Source: Pyrinomonadaceae bacterium (GTDB lineage Bacteria > Acidobacteriota > Blastocatellia > Pyrinomonadales > Pyrinomonadaceae). Taken from it: a stretch of DNA of 64,000 nt. The stretch is from assembly GCA_035537095.1 (NCBI GenBank), contig DATLMV010000044.1:41-64040 (forward strand), in the 5' to 3' direction. The notes below the pieces were generated by a model. It did no database searches, was not told the DNA's origin, and worked only from the letters and a program-made list of their open reading frames with translations. Below, piece after piece: positions 39,833-49,253 of the stretch (the stretch's first letter is position 1; every line of letters begins with the position of its first letter). A program made the position numbers and the translations under genes.

Positions 39833-41161
39833 TCATTTGCTGCGCTCAAGGATTTTCAGTATCTCGTCGTTGGCCTGATTCATGGCCTCTTCGGGTGTCA
39901 GTTCGCCGCTGTTGGCCTTCGAGAGAAAGATGCCGAAGGTGTTCTCGATTTCGTTCCAGAGCGGTGTGCGCGGGCGCGGCTTGGAGGTTTCGAGCGAGCG
40001 CAGTTGCGCGGGGTAGGAGGGAAACTTGGCGAGCAGTTCGGCGTCAAGGAAGACGGAGCGGCGCGTCGGCGGATTGCCGCGCAGGGCCGAGCGTTTCAAC
40101 TGCTCCGCGCTCGTCGCCCAGAGCAGAAAATCGAAGGCGGCCTCGACGTTCTTCGAGTCGCGCGGGATGGCGATCAGCCAGTTGCCGATTTCGGCGCGTC
40201 CCGCCTGCCCGCCCGCACCGGGCAGCGTCGTGAACTCCATCCGTCCCGTCACCTTCGAGCGCGCGGGGTCGGAGAACGCACTAATCCACGCGGGCCAGTT
40301 GATTGACATCGCGGCTGTGCCTTGCAGGAGATGCGCGGAGACTTCGTCGGCGTTGAAACTGGCGTAACCGCGCGGGGCATACTTGCCGAGTTCCAACATA
40401 AACTTGAGCGCGCGGACGGCTTCGGGACTGTTGACCGAGGGGCGGCCCGAGGCGTCGAACATCTCCGCGCCGAAGGCCCAGAAGATCGGCATGAAGTCGG
40501 CGACGACGGCGTTCCCTTGCGCCGCGCGCATCACGTAGCCGTAGACGCGCCCGCCGTCGGGCGAGCCCGCGCCTTCGCGCTCCTGAATGATGCGCGCCGC
40601 CGCGAGCACGTCGTCCCATGATTCGAGCGGTCGCAGCGCGTGTTTCTCGAAGAGGTCTTTGCGATAGAAGAACAACTGCGAGTTGCCAACATAGGGAAGC
40701 GCGTAGAGCGTGCCCGTCTCGTACGGGTGACGGCAGAGCGCGATTGAGGCGGCGAGGAAATCGTTGTCCGGCCCCTTGAGGTTGCGACGCTGGTAGAGCG
40801 GCGCGAGGTCTGTCAAAACATCCTGCGTGGCGAAGCGCGGGAACCACGGGTCGTCGAGCATGATGAGGTCATACGCGCCCGTGCGCGCGTTCAGGTCAAC
40901 GAGTTCCTTCTCGAAGAGGTTGCTGTAGGGAAACTCCGCGATTTGAACGCGGACGCCGGTCTGCGCCTCGTAATCGCGCGCCGCCTGTTTGAGCGCGTCG
41001 CCCTCGACGCCGGAGTTGACGGCGAGCGTCAACTGCCGCGCGCCGTCGCCGCCGCCGCCATTGCTTTGCGACTGGCAACTGTTCAAAAGCAGCAACGCCA
41101 GCAGGACGACGGCGACGAGCGGGCGGAGGTTTGTTTTCCGTTTCAATTTTTCAGTTTGCAT
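39833..41161 (-). CDS. ABC transporter extracellular sugar-binding lipoprotein
   Basis: 442 aa. Lipobox LLLLNSC. Family-1 solute-binding protein pattern. First gene of the ABC operon. Confidence 0.85.
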   Translation of the reverse strand: MQTEKLKRKTNLRPLVAVVLLALLLLNSCQSQSNGGGGDGARQLTLAVNSGVEGDALKQAARDYEAQTGVRVQIAEFPYSNLFEKELVDLNARTGAYDLIMLDDPWFPRFATQDVLTDLAPLYQRRNLKGPDNDFLAASIALCRHPYETGTLYALPYVGNSQLFFYRKDLFEKHALRPLESWDDVLAAARIIQEREGAGSPDGGRVYGYVMRAAQGNAVVADFMPIFWAFGAEMFDASGRPSVNSPEAVRALKFMLELGKYAPRGYASFNADEVSAHLLQGTAAMSINWPAWISAFSDPARSKVTGRMEFTTLPGAGGQAGRAEIGNWLIAIPRDSKNVEAAFDFLLWATSAEQLKRSALRGNPPTRRSVFLDAELLAKFPSYPAQLRSLETSKPRPRTPLWNEIENTFGIFLSKANSGELTPEEAMNQANDEILKILERSK

Positions 41162-41404
41162 GCGGGACTCGCGCGGGTGATTTGCAGAGCGCGCCTATCA
41201 TAAACCTTCGGACACGAATTTTCTCAACATTCTCGAACCGGGCGAGCGCACTTCCGACCAGCTTCCGGACGTTTTGCGCGGGTCGCGGGCTTCGCGATTT
41301 TATCAACTATCATCTCTTCGAGGTAAAACCGCGCGGGCGTCGGCGTCCGTATTTAAGATAGAATGCGTGTGAATGATAAACGGATTGTAAGGAGTCGAGT
41401 TAAA

Positions 41405-41962
41405 ATGTTAAATCGTCAGATGATTATTTTGGCCGCCCTCGTCATCGGCGCGGCGGGACTCTGTTTCGCCGTCTTCGGCGGGGCGCAGGTCAAGCGGAAG
41501 AAGACGGTCGCGCCGTCCGCGAAGATTGTGGCGAAGGCGGACGCGGGCGAGCGGAAAGAGATAAAGGCGGAGGGTAAAGTTGTGAAGACCGAAGAGGAAT
41601 GGCGTCAACTGCTGACGCCCGAACAGTTCTACGTGACGCGGCAGAAGGGCACGGAGCGCGCCTACACGGGCGCTTACTGGGATCATCACGAAGCGGGGAC
41701 GTATCATTGCGTCGCGTGCGACAACGCGCTCTTTAGCTCGAAGACGAAGTTCGAGTCCGGCACGGGCTGGCCCAGTTTTTACCAGCCGCTTGCCAGAGAG
41801 AACGTCAAAGAGGAGACCGACACGACGCTCGGCGTGGAGCGCACGGAGGTCGTCTGCAACCGTTGCGGCGCGCATCTCGGCCACGTCTTCGACGACGGCC
41901 CGAAACCCACGGGCCTCCGCTACTGCATCAACTCGGCGGCGCTCAAGTTTAAGAAGCAATAA
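41405..41962 (+). CDS. msrB: Peptide-methionine (R)-S-oxide reductase with N-terminal membrane anchor
   Basis: Track ORF trimmed to the ATG at 41405 ([21 protein letters not shown]...), 185 aa. SelR domain with [32 protein letters not shown] and RYCINS. Confidence 0.9.
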   Translation: MLNRQMIILAALVIGAAGLCFAVFGGAQVKRKKTVAPSAKIVAKADAGERKEIKAEGKVVKTEEEWRQLLTPEQFYVTRQKGTERAYTGAYWDHHEAGTYHCVACDNALFSSKTKFESGTGWPSFYQPLARENVKEETDTTLGVERTEVVCNRCGAHLGHVFDDGPKPTGLRYCINSAALKFKKQ

Positions 41963-41980
41963 CCGGGCCGACCGGAAGAA

Positions 41981-42102
41981 CGAAAAATCGTCGCCGGACG
42001 GCGCACGTCCCGAGCGGATTCGAGTTTGAAAGCCGACAGCCTGCTCGCTTTCAACAGTTGCTCTATCCGCTCCGGCACGCGCCCGCCCGGCGACGATTTT
42101 CG
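41981..42102 (+). other. Extended imperfect rod-like hairpin 3' of msrB (terminator or small RNA candidate)
   Basis: Outer pairing cgaaaaatcgtcgccgg (41981-41997) with ccggcgacgattttcg (42087-42102). Inner pairs gagcggat/atccgctc (42012-19 / 42065-72) and ttgaaagc/gctttcaa (42026-33 / 42047-54). Confidence 0.4.
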
Positions 42103-42466
42103 TCGGCGTATTGACAAGCGCGCGCGTTGAGTTTGCTCTGCGTGCTTCATCTGAAATTTGGAATTGAAATCGCTCTTGCCGCCCCTCTCTCACCTGCACA
42201 GACCGATTGACGCCGCCGTCCGTCTCCTCCCACGCTCGCGCGCCTCCGCTCGCTCGAATCAGCGGCGCGCGCCCCGTAGAATTACTTCTTGACTTTTAAA
42301 CGGGCTGTAATAGAGTTGCTCCATCGCAGCAATGATAACGAGCAGCGTTCAGACGCCGGATGTCGGCCCGAGACATCTCCGGCCTCCGGCATCTGAAAGC
42401 TGTCTTTCCGGTTCATCAATCAACTTTCCGGTGTCGTCTCAAACTGCACAGCGAGGCTTGGGGATT

Positions 42467-44038
42467 ATGTCATCCACTCGGCGCGATTTTCTGAAAACTG
42501 CGGGGCTGGCGGCGGGCGCGGTGGCGTTGCCCGCATGGGTTTTCGAGGCGGAGGCCGAGGGCGCGGCGGCGGTGGACAAGAACCGTCTGGCCGACATCGC
42601 GCTCTCGACGGCGAAGCGGCTCGGCGCAAACTACGCCGACATCCGCATCAACCGTTATCGCTTCGAGTCGGTGGCGACGCGCGAGCGGCAGGTGCAGAAC
42701 GTGTCGCGCAGCCAGAACTTCGGTTTCGGCGTGCGCGTGCTCTACAAGGGCGCGTGGGGCTTCGCCGCGAGCAGCGTCGTCACGCCCGCGGAGGTCGGGC
42801 GCATCACGGGGCAGGCCGTCGAGATTGCGCGCGCCAACTCCGCGTTCCAGCGCAAGCACGTCCAACTCGTCGGCGCGCCGAAGGTCACGGCCAACTGGAA
42901 AAGCGCCTTCGAGCGCGACCCCTTCGACGTGCCGATTGACGACAAGATTCAGTTCTTGCTCCGACTCAACGAGGCGGCCTTGAAGACCGAGGGCGTCAGC
43001 TTCGTCAATTCGTCGGTCGTCTTCGTCAACGAGCAGAAGTTTCTCGCCACCTCCGACGGCTCGCGCATCGAGCAATACCTGATTCGTTGTTCGCCGAACC
43101 TCAACGTCACCGCCGTCAATCGCGCGAACGGCGATTTTCAGACGCGCGCCGCGCTCGCGGGGCCGCAAGGCATGGGCTACGAGTATCTGGAAAAATACCC
43201 TTGGCTCGTCGAGGCGCAGCAGGCGGGCGAAGAGGCGGTCGCCAAACTCAAGGCGAAGCCGGTCGAAGCGGGCAAGTACGATTTAGTCCTGCACCCTTCG
43301 CATCTCTGGCTGACGATTCACGAATCCGTCGGGCATCCGACCGAACTCGACCGCGCGCTCTGGTGGGAGGCCAACTACGCGGGCACGAGTTTCCTGACGC
43401 CCGACAAGACCGGCAAGCTACAGTTCGGCTCGAAGATAATCAACTTCGTCGCCGACCGGACACAGGCGGCGGGCCTCGCCACCGTCGGCTTCGACGACGA
43501 GGGCGTCCCCGCGCAACGCTGGCATCTCGTCCGCGACGGCGTCTTCGTTGACTGGCAGACGACGCGCGACCTCGCGCCGCTCATCGGTCACAAGAAATCC
43601 TACGGCTGCCTGCACGCCGAGAGTTGGAGCGAGATTCCCTTCCCGCGCATGCCGAACGTCTCGCTCGAACCGGCGAAGGAGAACGTCTCTTTGGACAACA
43701 TCATCGGCGGCGTCGAGAACGGGATTCTGATTTACGGTCGCGGCAGTTATTCGATTGACCAGCAGCGTTACAACTTCCAGTTCGGCGGGCAGACTTTCTG
43801 GGAAGTGAAGAAGGGAAAGATCACGGGGATGCTGCGCGACGTGGCCTATCAATCGCGGACGACCGATTTCTGGGGCGCGTGCGATGCGCTCGGCGGTCAG
43901 GCCACCTATCAACTCGGCGGCAGCTTCAACGACGGCAAGGGCGAACCCGGCCAGTCCAACGCCGTCTCGCACGGTTGCCCCATCGGGCGCTTCCGTGGCA
44001 TCAACGTCCTCAACACCGCCGCGCCGGAGCGTTCATAG
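42467..44038 (+). CDS. TldD-like metallopeptidase with Tat signal
   Basis: Track ORF trimmed to the ATG at 42467 (MSSTRRDFLKTAGLAAGAVALPAWVFEAEA twin-arginine signal), 523 aa. HExxxH-type motif IHESVGHPTELDR. TldD/PmbA fold pattern. Confidence 0.85.
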   Translation: MSSTRRDFLKTAGLAAGAVALPAWVFEAEAEGAAAVDKNRLADIALSTAKRLGANYADIRINRYRFESVATRERQVQNVSRSQNFGFGVRVLYKGAWGFAASSVVTPAEVGRITGQAVEIARANSAFQRKHVQLVGAPKVTANWKSAFERDPFDVPIDDKIQFLLRLNEAALKTEGVSFVNSSVVFVNEQKFLATSDGSRIEQYLIRCSPNLNVTAVNRANGDFQTRAALAGPQGMGYEYLEKYPWLVEAQQAGEEAVAKLKAKPVEAGKYDLVLHPSHLWLTIHESVGHPTELDRALWWEANYAGTSFLTPDKTGKLQFGSKIINFVADRTQAAGLATVGFDDEGVPAQRWHLVRDGVFVDWQTTRDLAPLIGHKKSYGCLHAESWSEIPFPRMPNVSLEPAKENVSLDNIIGGVENGILIYGRGSYSIDQQRYNFQFGGQTFWEVKKGKITGMLRDVAYQSRTTDFWGACDALGGQATYQLGGSFNDGKGEPGQSNAVSHGCPIGRFRGINVLNTAAPERS

Positions 44039-44046
44039 GAGGCAGC

Positions 44047-45396
44047 ATGCTACTCAACGAAAAAGAGGCCCGCGCCATCAGCGAGCGGATGCTCGGCTAC
44101 GTCCGCGCCGACGACGCGACCGTCGCCGTCTCCAGCCTCAACTATTCGCACCTGCGTTTCGCGGCCAACTCTTTCACGACGAGCGGGCGGCAGGAGAACG
44201 CGAGCGCCAGCGTCGTCGTCTGGATTGACAAGAAGCGCGGCGCGGCCTCGACCAACGAGATGGACGAAGCCTCGCTCAAGGCCGCCGTCGAACAGGCCGA
44301 ACAACTCGCGCGCATCTCCCCCGTTGACCGCGAATACCTGCCGACGCTCGCGCGCCAGACCTACAAACCGACCAACGGCTTCGCGGAAGCCACCGCCAAC
44401 ATCTCCGTCGCCGACCGCGCGCGCAGCATCAACGAAGCCATCGCCGCTTGCGAGCGTGCGAAGGTGGTCGGCGCAGGGTTTCATCAGGCGCGCGGGACGG
44501 CGAATGCGACCGCCACCAAGAACGGCAACTTCAACTACGAACGCACGAGCCTCGTCAGTCTCGGCATGACGGCGCGCACCGCCGACGGCGCAAGCTCCGG
44601 CTATTTTCTCCGCAACCATTTCGACGTTGCACAACTCGACACGGCACGCGTCGCGCGCGAAGCGATTCGCAAGGCCGTCGAGTCGCGCGCGGCGCGCACG
44701 CTCGACGCGGGCGTCTACCCGGTCGTCCTCGAACCGCAGGCCGTCGCCGACCTGCTCTCCGGCCTGTCCTTCAGCTTCGACGCGCGCAACGCCGACGAAG
44801 GCCGCTCGCCGCTCTCGCTCGCGGGCGGCAAGACGCGTCTCGGCGAGCGCATCTTCGACGAACGGCTCAATCTCTACAGCGACCCCTGGAACGCGCAACT
44901 GCCCGGCTCACAGGCGGCGCAGGCCGGACTCCCCGCGCAGAAAATCTATCTCGTCCGGGGCGGCGGCGTGGAGAATCTCATCTACTCGCGTTTCTGGGCG
45001 CAGCAGAAGGGCAAGGAGCCGACGGCTGGCCCCGTCAACACCATCCTCGAATCTTCCGCGCCCGCCGCGACGCTCGACGAGATGATTCAAAACACGCCGC
45101 GCGGTCTGCTCGTCAGCCGCTTCTGGTACATTCGCGGAACGGACGCGCGCACCGCCTCTCTCACAGGATTAACGCGCGACGGCGTCTGGTACATCGAGAA
45201 CGGCAAGATTCAATATCCTGTCAAAAACTTCCGCTTCAACCAGAGCATCATGCAGATGCTCGCACCCGGCAACGTCGAGATGATCGGCACGCCCGAACGC
45301 GTCGGCAACTCCGAAGGACAGGGCGACAACGCCTCGCTCCTTCCCGCCCTCAAACTCAAAGCCTTCAACTTCACTTCACAGTCTGAAGCGGTCTGA
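44047..45396 (+). CDS. PmbA/TldE-like protein (partner of TldD-like peptidase)
   Basis: Track ORF trimmed to the ATG at 44047 (MLLNEKEARAISERMLGYV...), 449 aa. TldD/PmbA family pattern without a metal motif. Begins 8 nt after the upstream stop. Confidence 0.85.
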   Translation: MLLNEKEARAISERMLGYVRADDATVAVSSLNYSHLRFAANSFTTSGRQENASASVVVWIDKKRGAASTNEMDEASLKAAVEQAEQLARISPVDREYLPTLARQTYKPTNGFAEATANISVADRARSINEAIAACERAKVVGAGFHQARGTANATATKNGNFNYERTSLVSLGMTARTADGASSGYFLRNHFDVAQLDTARVAREAIRKAVESRAARTLDAGVYPVVLEPQAVADLLSGLSFSFDARNADEGRSPLSLAGGKTRLGERIFDERLNLYSDPWNAQLPGSQAAQAGLPAQKIYLVRGGGVENLIYSRFWAQQKGKEPTAGPVNTILESSAPAATLDEMIQNTPRGLLVSRFWYIRGTDARTASLTGLTRDGVWYIENGKIQYPVKNFRFNQSIMQMLAPGNVEMIGTPERVGNSEGQGDNASLLPALKLKAFNFTSQSEAV

Positions 45397-45578
45397 GAAG
45401 GCGGTACGCGCGCGTCGGCGCGTGTCGTTGAGAGTGCAGAAGTCCGGATCATCTCAAAATCAACCGAAATAGATTAACGGCCCGCAGCATTACATGTTGA
45501 AGCCCTGCCGGAGAGGCTGCGGGTAAAGCGAACCGGCGGGCGAAGCTCGGTAGCCAAACTTAGACGTGGAGATTATTC

Positions 45579-48500
45579 ATGTCATTTGATGAGAGAAGAT
45601 TTATCGCGCGCGTCGAGGCGGCGAACGCAGAAGAGTTGGCACGCCTGCTGGCCCGCCCCAGCGCGGACGAGGAGCGGGCTTGGCGCGTCCATCTCGGTGA
45701 CGAACGCTTCGAGCGGATGCGTGAGATGGCCTCGCCGGAGACGGTTGCCACGCGCGGCCAGACGCAGCCGAAGGGAAACGTCGTCGTCATTCACGGCATC
45801 ATGGGGGCGGAGTTGAGCAACTTCTCTTCCCCGACTTCGCAGGAACTCATCTGGGTCAGCTACTGGCGAATTCTTCGCGGTTGGGCGGAGCGTCTCAAGC
45901 TCAACTCCGACGGCGAAACTTCCAAATACGACGTGCGCCCGACCGGAGTGATGAAGGATTACTACGGCGAGATGCTGCTCCAACTACGCCTCCGGGGTTG
46001 GAACGTGCAGCCCTTTGCGTTCGACTGGCGGAAGGACATCAACGGCGCGGCGGATAACCTCTCGCAGAAGATTAACGAGTGGTTCGGCGAAGAGAGCGCG
46101 GTGCACATCGTCGCGCATTCGATGGGCGGCCTCGTGGCGCGCTCCTTCATCAAAAAATATCCCGACCGTTGGGCCTCGATGTGGGACGCGTCGGGCGACG
46201 GGCGCGCGGGCGGTCGTCTCGTCATGCTCGGCACGCCGACCTACGGCTCGTTCATCATCCCGCAGGTGATAACGGGCATCGAGCCGATGGTGATTAAGCT
46301 GGCATGGCTCGACGCGCGCCGACTCTTCGGCGTGTCGGATATTTTGGAGACGACCAACACCTTCCCCGGCTCGTTACAGATGCTCCCTTCCCCGCGCGTG
46401 ATGAGCAAGATGGAGCCGCTCTATCATGCGCAGACCTACGGCAAGTTCGTCGTCTCGCAGCAGCATCTCGACAACGCCCGCCGCTTTCACGAACAGATGC
46501 ACGACGTAGTTGACGAGAAGCGTATGATTTACGTCGCGGGCTTCAACCGTAAGACCTTCAGCAACATTGTGGACTTTAAAAAAATCGGCGCGGCAGAAGG
46601 CTATGAGGTCACGTTGCGCGGCGACGGGCGCGTCCCGCACCTGCTCGGCATCCCGCGCCGCAGCGACAACAAACCCATCGAACGCGTCTATTACATAGAG
46701 GAAGACCACGGCGAGTTGCCAAGGAATAGAACCATCCTCTCTATCATGGACGAAATGTTGTCGAAAGGCTCGACCAGCGCGCTTGCGACGAGCATTCCGG
46801 CGACCATGCGCGGGGTCGGGGCGGAAGAAAGCGCGCAGACCAAACTGGCGGCGCGCAATCAACTCGTCGCGGAACAGAAGGCGGAGGTCGAGCGTTTCCG
46901 CCAACTCGCCGACAGTCTGAAGGCGACGCGCGGCGCGGCGGCGGAGGTGGAGGCGCAGGTCTCGCCGGAGGAGCGAAAGATACGCGCCAGTCTCTTAGAA
47001 GGCGCGCCGAGTGCGGAGCAGCGCGACATGGTGGGGCCGCCCATGCCCTTCGAGATTGCTCTGCTGTGGTCGAAGATAAACGAGGTGGGAGAAGAAGCGG
47101 GGAGCGCGGGCGGCGGCAGGAAGCGCGGAAGCAAAGGGCCTCCTCGGGTTGATGCCATCTCCGTCGGACACTATGCGGGCGTCGGGCGTCCGGAGAGGGC
47201 CGAGCAAGCGATTGACCTCGCCATCAGCCGTGCCCTCTTCGAGAAGCAACTAAAGCACGACGAACTGAAAGCACTCCTCGACGCCAGAGGCGAAGTGCCC
47301 GAAATCCATCGCCTCCTGACGCTCTATTCCGACCGGGGCATCATCAGCGGCGACTTGGCTCAACCCTTCTTCCTCGACGACCCGCGCATGGCGGGCGAGC
47401 GCGTGATTGTGCTGGCCGGAATGGGATTGCCCGGACGCTTCGGCGCGCCCGAACTGACCGTGCTCGCGCGTGAACTCTGCTGGTCGCTCGGACGCATGGG
47501 TAAGAAACATCTGGCGACCGTCCTCATCGGCGCGGGCAAAGGTAATATCCCGATTGAGGATGCGCTGATAGCGTGGATGCGCGGCATCCGTCGCGCCGTG
47601 ACCAGTTCCACGCACGACGAAGTCTGGCGTCTCCGGCGCATCACCTTCGTCGAGAACAATCCCGACCGGATTGAAAATATTCAGAAGGCCATCATCAACG
47701 CCCAGCAGCGAGAGTTACAGGATTCGACGCACGAACAGACCCTCAACATCATCTACGAACCGCTCGACCTCAAGACGTTGACCAACAAGGACGGGCACAC
47801 GCTCAAGCAGGCCAGCGCGGCGCAAGCGAGAGAGGACGCGCGCTGGCGGGCGCGGCAACAGCAACAGACTCGTGGTGCTTCCGGCAAGCAGGCAGAGTCG
47901 CGCACGCCCTCGCGCATCACCGTGACTCTCGAAGGCAACAAGTACCGCTTCGGCGCGGTGACCAACGACGCCTCCGTGCCGGAGCGCGAAATCCCGCTCG
48001 ACCCGTCGCTCGTCATCGAAGCCAACGATGAACTCGCCAACACAATCGAACACCGGATGCAACTCGACTGGGGCAGGCACATGGAGAACCTGCTCGTCCC
48101 GGACGACCTGCGCCCCGCCTTCAAAACCGACGCCCCGCTCCTGCTCACCCTCGACCGCACGACGGCGCGCATCCATTGGGAGATGATCGCCCAACCCGAC
48201 CCTCTGCGGATGGGCGACGCCGACGGCGACGCCCCGACCGCGAAGGCCGACGGCTTCGACTCCTTCCTCAGCACCAGTCGCGGCCTCACGCGCCAACTCC
48301 GCACCAACTTCGCGCCACCGCCCGAACCGCCCCCGCCGCCCCGCCGCACGTTGCGTGTCCTAATCGTTGCCGATCCTGCGACGGACAGAAGCTTGCAGGG
48401 AGCGAAAGAGGAAGGAATGCTCGTCGCCGACATGTTCGAGGCTTTCAACACGGTCTATCCGAAGTCGGAGAACCGCGTCAAAGTCACGCGACTCTTCGGC

Positions 48501-49244
48501 GGCGTGGCGACGCGCAACAACGTCCTCTTTCATCTGACGCAGCGCGGCCCCTTCGACATCCTTCACTTCGCGGGCCATTGCACCTACGACGAAAACGACC
48601 CGTCTTCTTCGGGTTGGATTTTCACCGGCGGCAAGCGTCTGTCGGCCAACGAACTGAGCCGCATTGATAACGTCCCGAAGTTCGTCTTCTCGAACGCCTG
48701 CGAGTCGGGCAAGACGCCGGAGACGCGCACCGACCGGCTCGCGCCGAGTTTCGCCGAATCGTTCTTCGCGCGTGGCGTCGCCAACTTCGTTTGCACGGCT
48801 TGGCCCGTCAACGATGTCGCCTCAACCGAGTTCGCGCTCAAACTCTATGCGGGACTGCTCGGTCTCGTCGAAGCGGATAACCCAGACTATATCCCTTCCG
48901 CCGATGATGAGATGCCCATAAAGACCTACGCCGCTGCGCCCACTCCGCTCAGGATGCACCAAGCCATGCGCGACGCGCGTCTCGCCATCGCACGTTCGCC
49001 TCACGGTGCGAAGACTTGGGGGGCTTACCAGCACTACGGCAACCCCTACCTTCAGTTCTTCGACCCGCAAGCCCTTCAAGGCCCGCCGCCGCTCGACGAG
49101 GAGCGGCGCGCCAACTCACGCGCCCCGCAATCCGTAACCAAGACGGCGCAGAAATCGTCGCGCACCGTTACTACGACAGCCAAGAAGCCTGCGACGAAGA
49201 AGGCACGACGAGGCGCAAAGAAGTCGCGCAAGTCCGACGCCTAA
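45579..49244 (+). CDS. Multidomain protein: lipase-type alpha/beta hydrolase + unassigned central module + CHAT protease + Lys-rich tail
   Basis: 1221 aa, GGAG RBS before the ATG. Hydrolase motifs: VVVIHGIMG, AHSMGG (Ser codon 46119-46121), RGDGRVP, EEDHGELP. CHAT dyad: ILHFAGHC (His codon 48576-48578) and FSNACESG (Cys codon 48699-48701). Tail KKPATKKARRGAKKSRKSDA. No signal peptide or TM helix. Confidence 0.85.
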   Translation: MSFDERRFIARVEAANAEELARLLARPSADEERAWRVHLGDERFERMREMASPETVATRGQTQPKGNVVVIHGIMGAELSNFSSPTSQELIWVSYWRILRGWAERLKLNSDGETSKYDVRPTGVMKDYYGEMLLQLRLRGWNVQPFAFDWRKDINGAADNLSQKINEWFGEESAVHIVAHSMGGLVARSFIKKYPDRWASMWDASGDGRAGGRLVMLGTPTYGSFIIPQVITGIEPMVIKLAWLDARRLFGVSDILETTNTFPGSLQMLPSPRVMSKMEPLYHAQTYGKFVVSQQHLDNARRFHEQMHDVVDEKRMIYVAGFNRKTFSNIVDFKKIGAAEGYEVTLRGDGRVPHLLGIPRRSDNKPIERVYYIEEDHGELPRNRTILSIMDEMLSKGSTSALATSIPATMRGVGAEESAQTKLAARNQLVAEQKAEVERFRQLADSLKATRGAAAEVEAQVSPEERKIRASLLEGAPSAEQRDMVGPPMPFEIALLWSKINEVGEEAGSAGGGRKRGSKGPPRVDAISVGHYAGVGRPERAEQAIDLAISRALFEKQLKHDELKALLDARGEVPEIHRLLTLYSDRGIISGDLAQPFFLDDPRMAGERVIVLAGMGLPGRFGAPELTVLARELCWSLGRMGKKHLATVLIGAGKGNIPIEDALIAWMRGIRRAVTSSTHDEVWRLRRITFVENNPDRIENIQKAIINAQQRELQDSTHEQTLNIIYEPLDLKTLTNKDGHTLKQASAAQAREDARWRARQQQQTRGASGKQAESRTPSRITVTLEGNKYRFGAVTNDASVPEREIPLDPSLVIEANDELANTIEHRMQLDWGRHMENLLVPDDLRPAFKTDAPLLLTLDRTTARIHWEMIAQPDPLRMGDADGDAPTAKADGFDSFLSTSRGLTRQLRTNFAPPPEPPPPPRRTLRVLIVADPATDRSLQGAKEEGMLVADMFEAFNTVYPKSENRVKVTRLFGGVATRNNVLFHLTQRGPFDILHFAGHCTYDENDPSSSGWIFTGGKRLSANELSRIDNVPKFVFSNACESGKTPETRTDRLAPSFAESFFARGVANFVCTAWPVNDVASTEFALKLYAGLLGLVEADNPDYIPSADDEMPIKTYAAAPTPLRMHQAMRDARLAIARSPHGAKTWGAYQHYGNPYLQFFDPQALQGPPPLDEERRANSRAPQSVTKTAQKSSRTVTTTAKKPATKKARRGAKKSRKSDA

Positions 49245-49253
49245 AGCGAAACC

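Noticed and set aside
42111-42315. Sigma-70-like promoters upstream of the TldD-like gene (TTGACA at 42111; TTGACT ... TGTAATAGA at about 42288-42315)
   Set aside because: The -35-like hexamers lack a properly spaced -10 (spacing about 13 nt, or no TATAAT-like hexamer). Promoter consensus for this phylum is uncertain, so this is too speculative to list as a feature.
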